A stretch of 62,256 bases of DNA, the filler included, from Sphacelaria rigidula (taxonomy: Eukaryota), in assembly GCA_964200075.2 (NCBI GenBank). It is 11 parts of 11 records of this genome, joined end to end, with 100 filler letters (N's around TTAATTAATTAA, not from the genome) between each part and the next. Parts side by side here need not be neighbours in the genome. Positions count along the whole stretch, not along the records: positions 56,689 to 62,256 come from CAXNAA020026261.1; 10 more parts are not named here. One strand, written 5' to 3'. This document shows, one piece after another, positions 61,801 through 62,256 of this stretch. The first letter of the stretch is position 1; each line of letters starts with the position of its first letter. Under the pieces are notes generated by a model. The model was given only the letters and a program-made list of their open reading frames with translations, did not search any database and was not told where the DNA came from. The position numbers were made by a program, and so were the translations under genes.

Positions 61801-62256
61801 CCGTTACAGTCGTCGCAGCAGCAGGGAATGTACCAGACACGGATCCTGCCTGGCCGAGGGGTTCTGTTGCTGTTGGTGTTTGCGGCGCATACCACCTGCA
61901 CTTGTTGCAGAATCGCGCCGGCCATGTGCTTCAATGAACTTCCACTGGTCGGCCGCCTCAAATATGTTTTTGAACACTACCGTCCGGTTCTTTTTCCAGC
62001 CGTCAACATACATTAGTACACTTCTAACATACGCCTTGAATTCCGGGGGCGAAATCCCGTCCACCAAAGCTATGGAAACCGACACGGCCGGGCCTGGCAA
62101 CCAACTCCTGTCCGCCGCACGGTGCATGGCTTCCACCATCAGGTTCTCTGCAAAAAACTGTTCCATATCTGAACTGAGCATCATAGAACAACAAATTGTG
62201 CGAATTGAGGTTTAACTCCGAGATGAGATTCAAGCCTAAAACAGTGCTTTCCCCAC
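58846..62256 (-). mobile_element. Degenerate Ty3/Gypsy LTR retrotransposon with chromodomain (gag-like, PR, truncated RT/RH, IN, CHD)
   Basis: PR VILDFGSALTSI; RT start WASLAMAVPK..VRLVSDYQAVN; RH end YVIEHIPGERNCWGDLL; IN HHCC (AHLRSADH...CWHC), HFDFLYV, VSDTATHF, PWSNGTCER; GPY/F-like WTGPWRVV; chromodomain VLVDWEGFGVEERTWE; PR-RT-RH-IN order; internal stops and frameshifts. Confidence 0.95.

Noticed and set aside
1..62256. Fanzor/TnpB, viral (NCLDV) or prokaryotic defence operon
   Set aside because: No RuvC, capsid or other hallmark motifs in any ORF; no gene-dense intronless region; contigs are unlinked

Overview
This window is not contiguous DNA. It consists of 11 size-sorted short contigs (eight of 5569 bp, then three of 5568 bp) joined by 100-bp artificial linkers (N44-TTAATTAATTAA-N44), so no gene-neighbourhood inference is valid across linkers. 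The content is eukaryotic, intron-rich and repeat-rich. Exon/intron style and repeat types suggest a brown alga or related stramenopile, but that is inference. Supportable host gene fragments are: four in-phase exons of a protein built of bacterial-type Ig-like repeats; two exons of a type I signal peptidase joined by a probable GC-AG intron; two exons of an SLC12/CCC cation-chloride cotransporter with a LINE in the intron; and a few orphan exons. The rest is mostly transposable elements: a degenerate chromodomain-bearing Ty3/Gypsy element, decayed LINEs, tRNA-headed SINEs, hAT-, Tc1/mariner- and piggyBac-type non-autonomous elements with readable TSDs, and several foldback elements. I found no complete novel multi-gene system. 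The best leads are: (i) two retroposon families that share a conserved 3' terminus, nearly always abut poly(C) tracts and stack head-to-tail; (ii) a 2.5-kb foldback element whose arms are built from 20/30/40-bp modules; (iii) a PAM2-motif ORF bracketed by ~330-bp inverted repeats; (iv) the bacterial-type Ig-repeat gene.
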